Shown: positions 43,056-44,161 of the stretch, one piece after another
Layout: every line of letters begins with the position of its first letter
Position numbering within the stretch: position 1 is the stretch's first letter
DNA from: a virus
Lineage: Duplodnaviria; Caudoviricetes
Reading direction: 5' to 3' (one strand)
IMG/VR virus record: IMGVR_UViG_3300037783_000006
Span: 1-44,161 of that record
Length of the DNA: 44,161 nucleotides
Position numbers and translations under genes: made by a program
Notes under the pieces: generated by a model
Told to the model about the DNA's origin: nothing
The model's input: only the letters and a program-made list of their open reading frames with translations
Databases searched by the model: none

Positions 43056-43874
43056 CTATCTCATCGGCTTGGCACGTTGGGCTATAACAACTCCGTTTTT
43101 GTCTAAGTTAGGCTTAAACTCTCGTTTTTCTTCTTTTTTCTCGAACTTTCCAGAATCAGCTTGTTTGAGGATGTTGAACTCTTTGGCTTCTTTCTCCAAC
43201 ACCTGCGAAAGGTTGAGGAAATTACCATGCTTTGTTTCATCCTTTACACGTTGACCGTCAACTGTTGGATATAGCACTTTATTTTCTTCATCGAACTCAA
43301 TCTGATACTTGTTGTTGATGTGTGCTTTGAAACCCTCCTTTCTAAGCGTGTCAGCGGTATCGGATAGCTTTGTTTCAAAACCGCCCCACGTTTTGCCTAG
43401 AATGTCGTTTTTCTCATAATCCTTTTTGAATGTAACAAATTCGCTTTCTTTTTTTTCGAGCAGTTCTTGAAGTTCTTTTTTTGCATTGACCTCTTCGCTC
43501 AAACGGCTGTTCAAAGTCTCGTATTTCTCTTTGATAGCGTTGATTTCCTCGCTTGGCTTCTTTGCGCTTTGCAACTCTTTTACCTTAGAATCCCATTGCT
43601 CAGAGTTCTTAGCAAATACCAATCTTGAAAGGTCTGCAATAGGAAGCTTCTTTTCCTCTGGAGAAAGTTCTATCCCGTTCTCCTTAGCTGTTCTAAGCAA
43701 CTCTTTGGCGTGGTTGGATGTTGCCTCACCCATAAAGTGAGTTCGGATACTCTCGTCTTTTAGAGCGTTTTCTTTGATGATGTACTTCTCATCAAACGCT
43801 TTCTTATAGTCGTCAACAGTAGCATCCTCACCTAGTTCAATGCCTTGATATTTCAAAATTTCACTTAATTCCAT
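43056..43874 (-). CDS. Capsid scaffolding protein (putative)
   Basis: 272 aa, E/K-rich coiled coil, upstream of the capsid gene. Confidence 0.7.
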   Translation of the reverse strand: MELSEILKYQGIELGEDATVDDYKKAFDEKYIIKENALKDESIRTHFMGEATSNHAKELLRTAKENGIELSPEEKKLPIADLSRLVFAKNSEQWDSKVKELQSAKKPSEEINAIKEKYETLNSRLSEEVNAKKELQELLEKKESEFVTFKKDYEKNDILGKTWGGFETKLSDTADTLRKEGFKAHINNKYQIEFDEENKVLYPTVDGQRVKDETKHGNFLNLSQVLEKEAKEFNILKQADSGKFEKKEEKREFKPNLDKNGVVIAQRAKPMR

Positions 43875-44161
43875 GTAGATAGTCTATTAGGGTTTTACGG
43901 TTTTTGCCTTGTGTCTCAGCTTCAATTATGATGTCAATGTTCCATTCTTCATTTTCATCAACGAGCATTTTAATATCGCTGATTCCTTTCTTTAGCAGGT
44001 CTTCAACGTCTAGCGTGTTGCTTTCTTGTATTTCTTCTTCTTCTTTGCCGCTAGCGGATAAATAGATTTCAAGTCCATGTTTAGGGTATTTTCTTAGTAA
44101 ATGTTGTTTTATCGGCTTACCTGTTGTTTCCTCAATGTTTTCCAGCTTCCTTTTTATATCA
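43861..44161 (-). CDS. 3' part of the junction-spanning 143-aa protein
   Basis: Ends ...WNIDIIIEAETQGKNRKTLIDYLHGIK; overlaps the scaffold start. Confidence 0.85.
   Translation of the reverse strand, partial: DIKRKLENIEETTGKPIKQHLLRKYPKHGLEIYLSASGKEEEEIQESNTLDVEDLLKKGISDIKMLVDENEEWNIDIIIEAETQGKNRKTLIDYLHGIK
44035..44161. repeat. Terminal direct repeat, identical to 1-127
   Basis: Exact match. Confidence 0.97.

Noticed and set aside
33944-43740. Plus-strand and alternate-frame track ORFs in the head and lysis region, other than 42060 (e.g. 33970, 38439, 39032, 42323)
   Set aside because: Shadows of structural genes; 33970-34155 has no lipobox or TM to support a nested spanin.
1-44161. Phage-encoded integrase or recombinase for the arrays or for lysogeny
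   Set aside because: No ORF shows tyrosine (R..HxxR..Y), serine or HUH recombinase motifs by eye; a divergent enzyme among the hypotheticals cannot be excluded without profile searches.

Overview
The window is an apparently complete, circularly permuted ~44.0-kb tailed (siphovirus-like) phage genome. Positions 1-127 repeat exactly at 44035-44161 and a gene reads through that junction. The host is probably a Bacteroidota (Flavobacteria-like), judging from many TAnnTTTG promoters, A-rich SD-less leaders and a DUF3127-type SSB. The virion, packaging and lysis genes lie on the minus strand in a scrambled order, with a glycosyltransferase/acyltransferase block among them. A replication, recombination and DNA-modification module fills about 16.4-27.6 kb. 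I found no integrase, recombinase or reverse transcriptase. Two things stand out. (1) Two oppositely oriented arrays of integron-like gene cassettes (14696-16365 on minus; 27635-33331 on plus) are built from alternating AAC..GTT hairpin 'sites' and GTT..AAC 'bodies'. Both end in the same 34-bp attI-like motif, fold on the coding strand, and carry genes in loops, in bodies and across the GTT core. (2) The terminase large subunit gene is split inside its Walker A motif by a 41-nt structured insert that is closed in all three frames, which implies ribosomal bypassing or RNA splicing if the phage is viable. All product calls come from motif recognition by eye; no searches were run.
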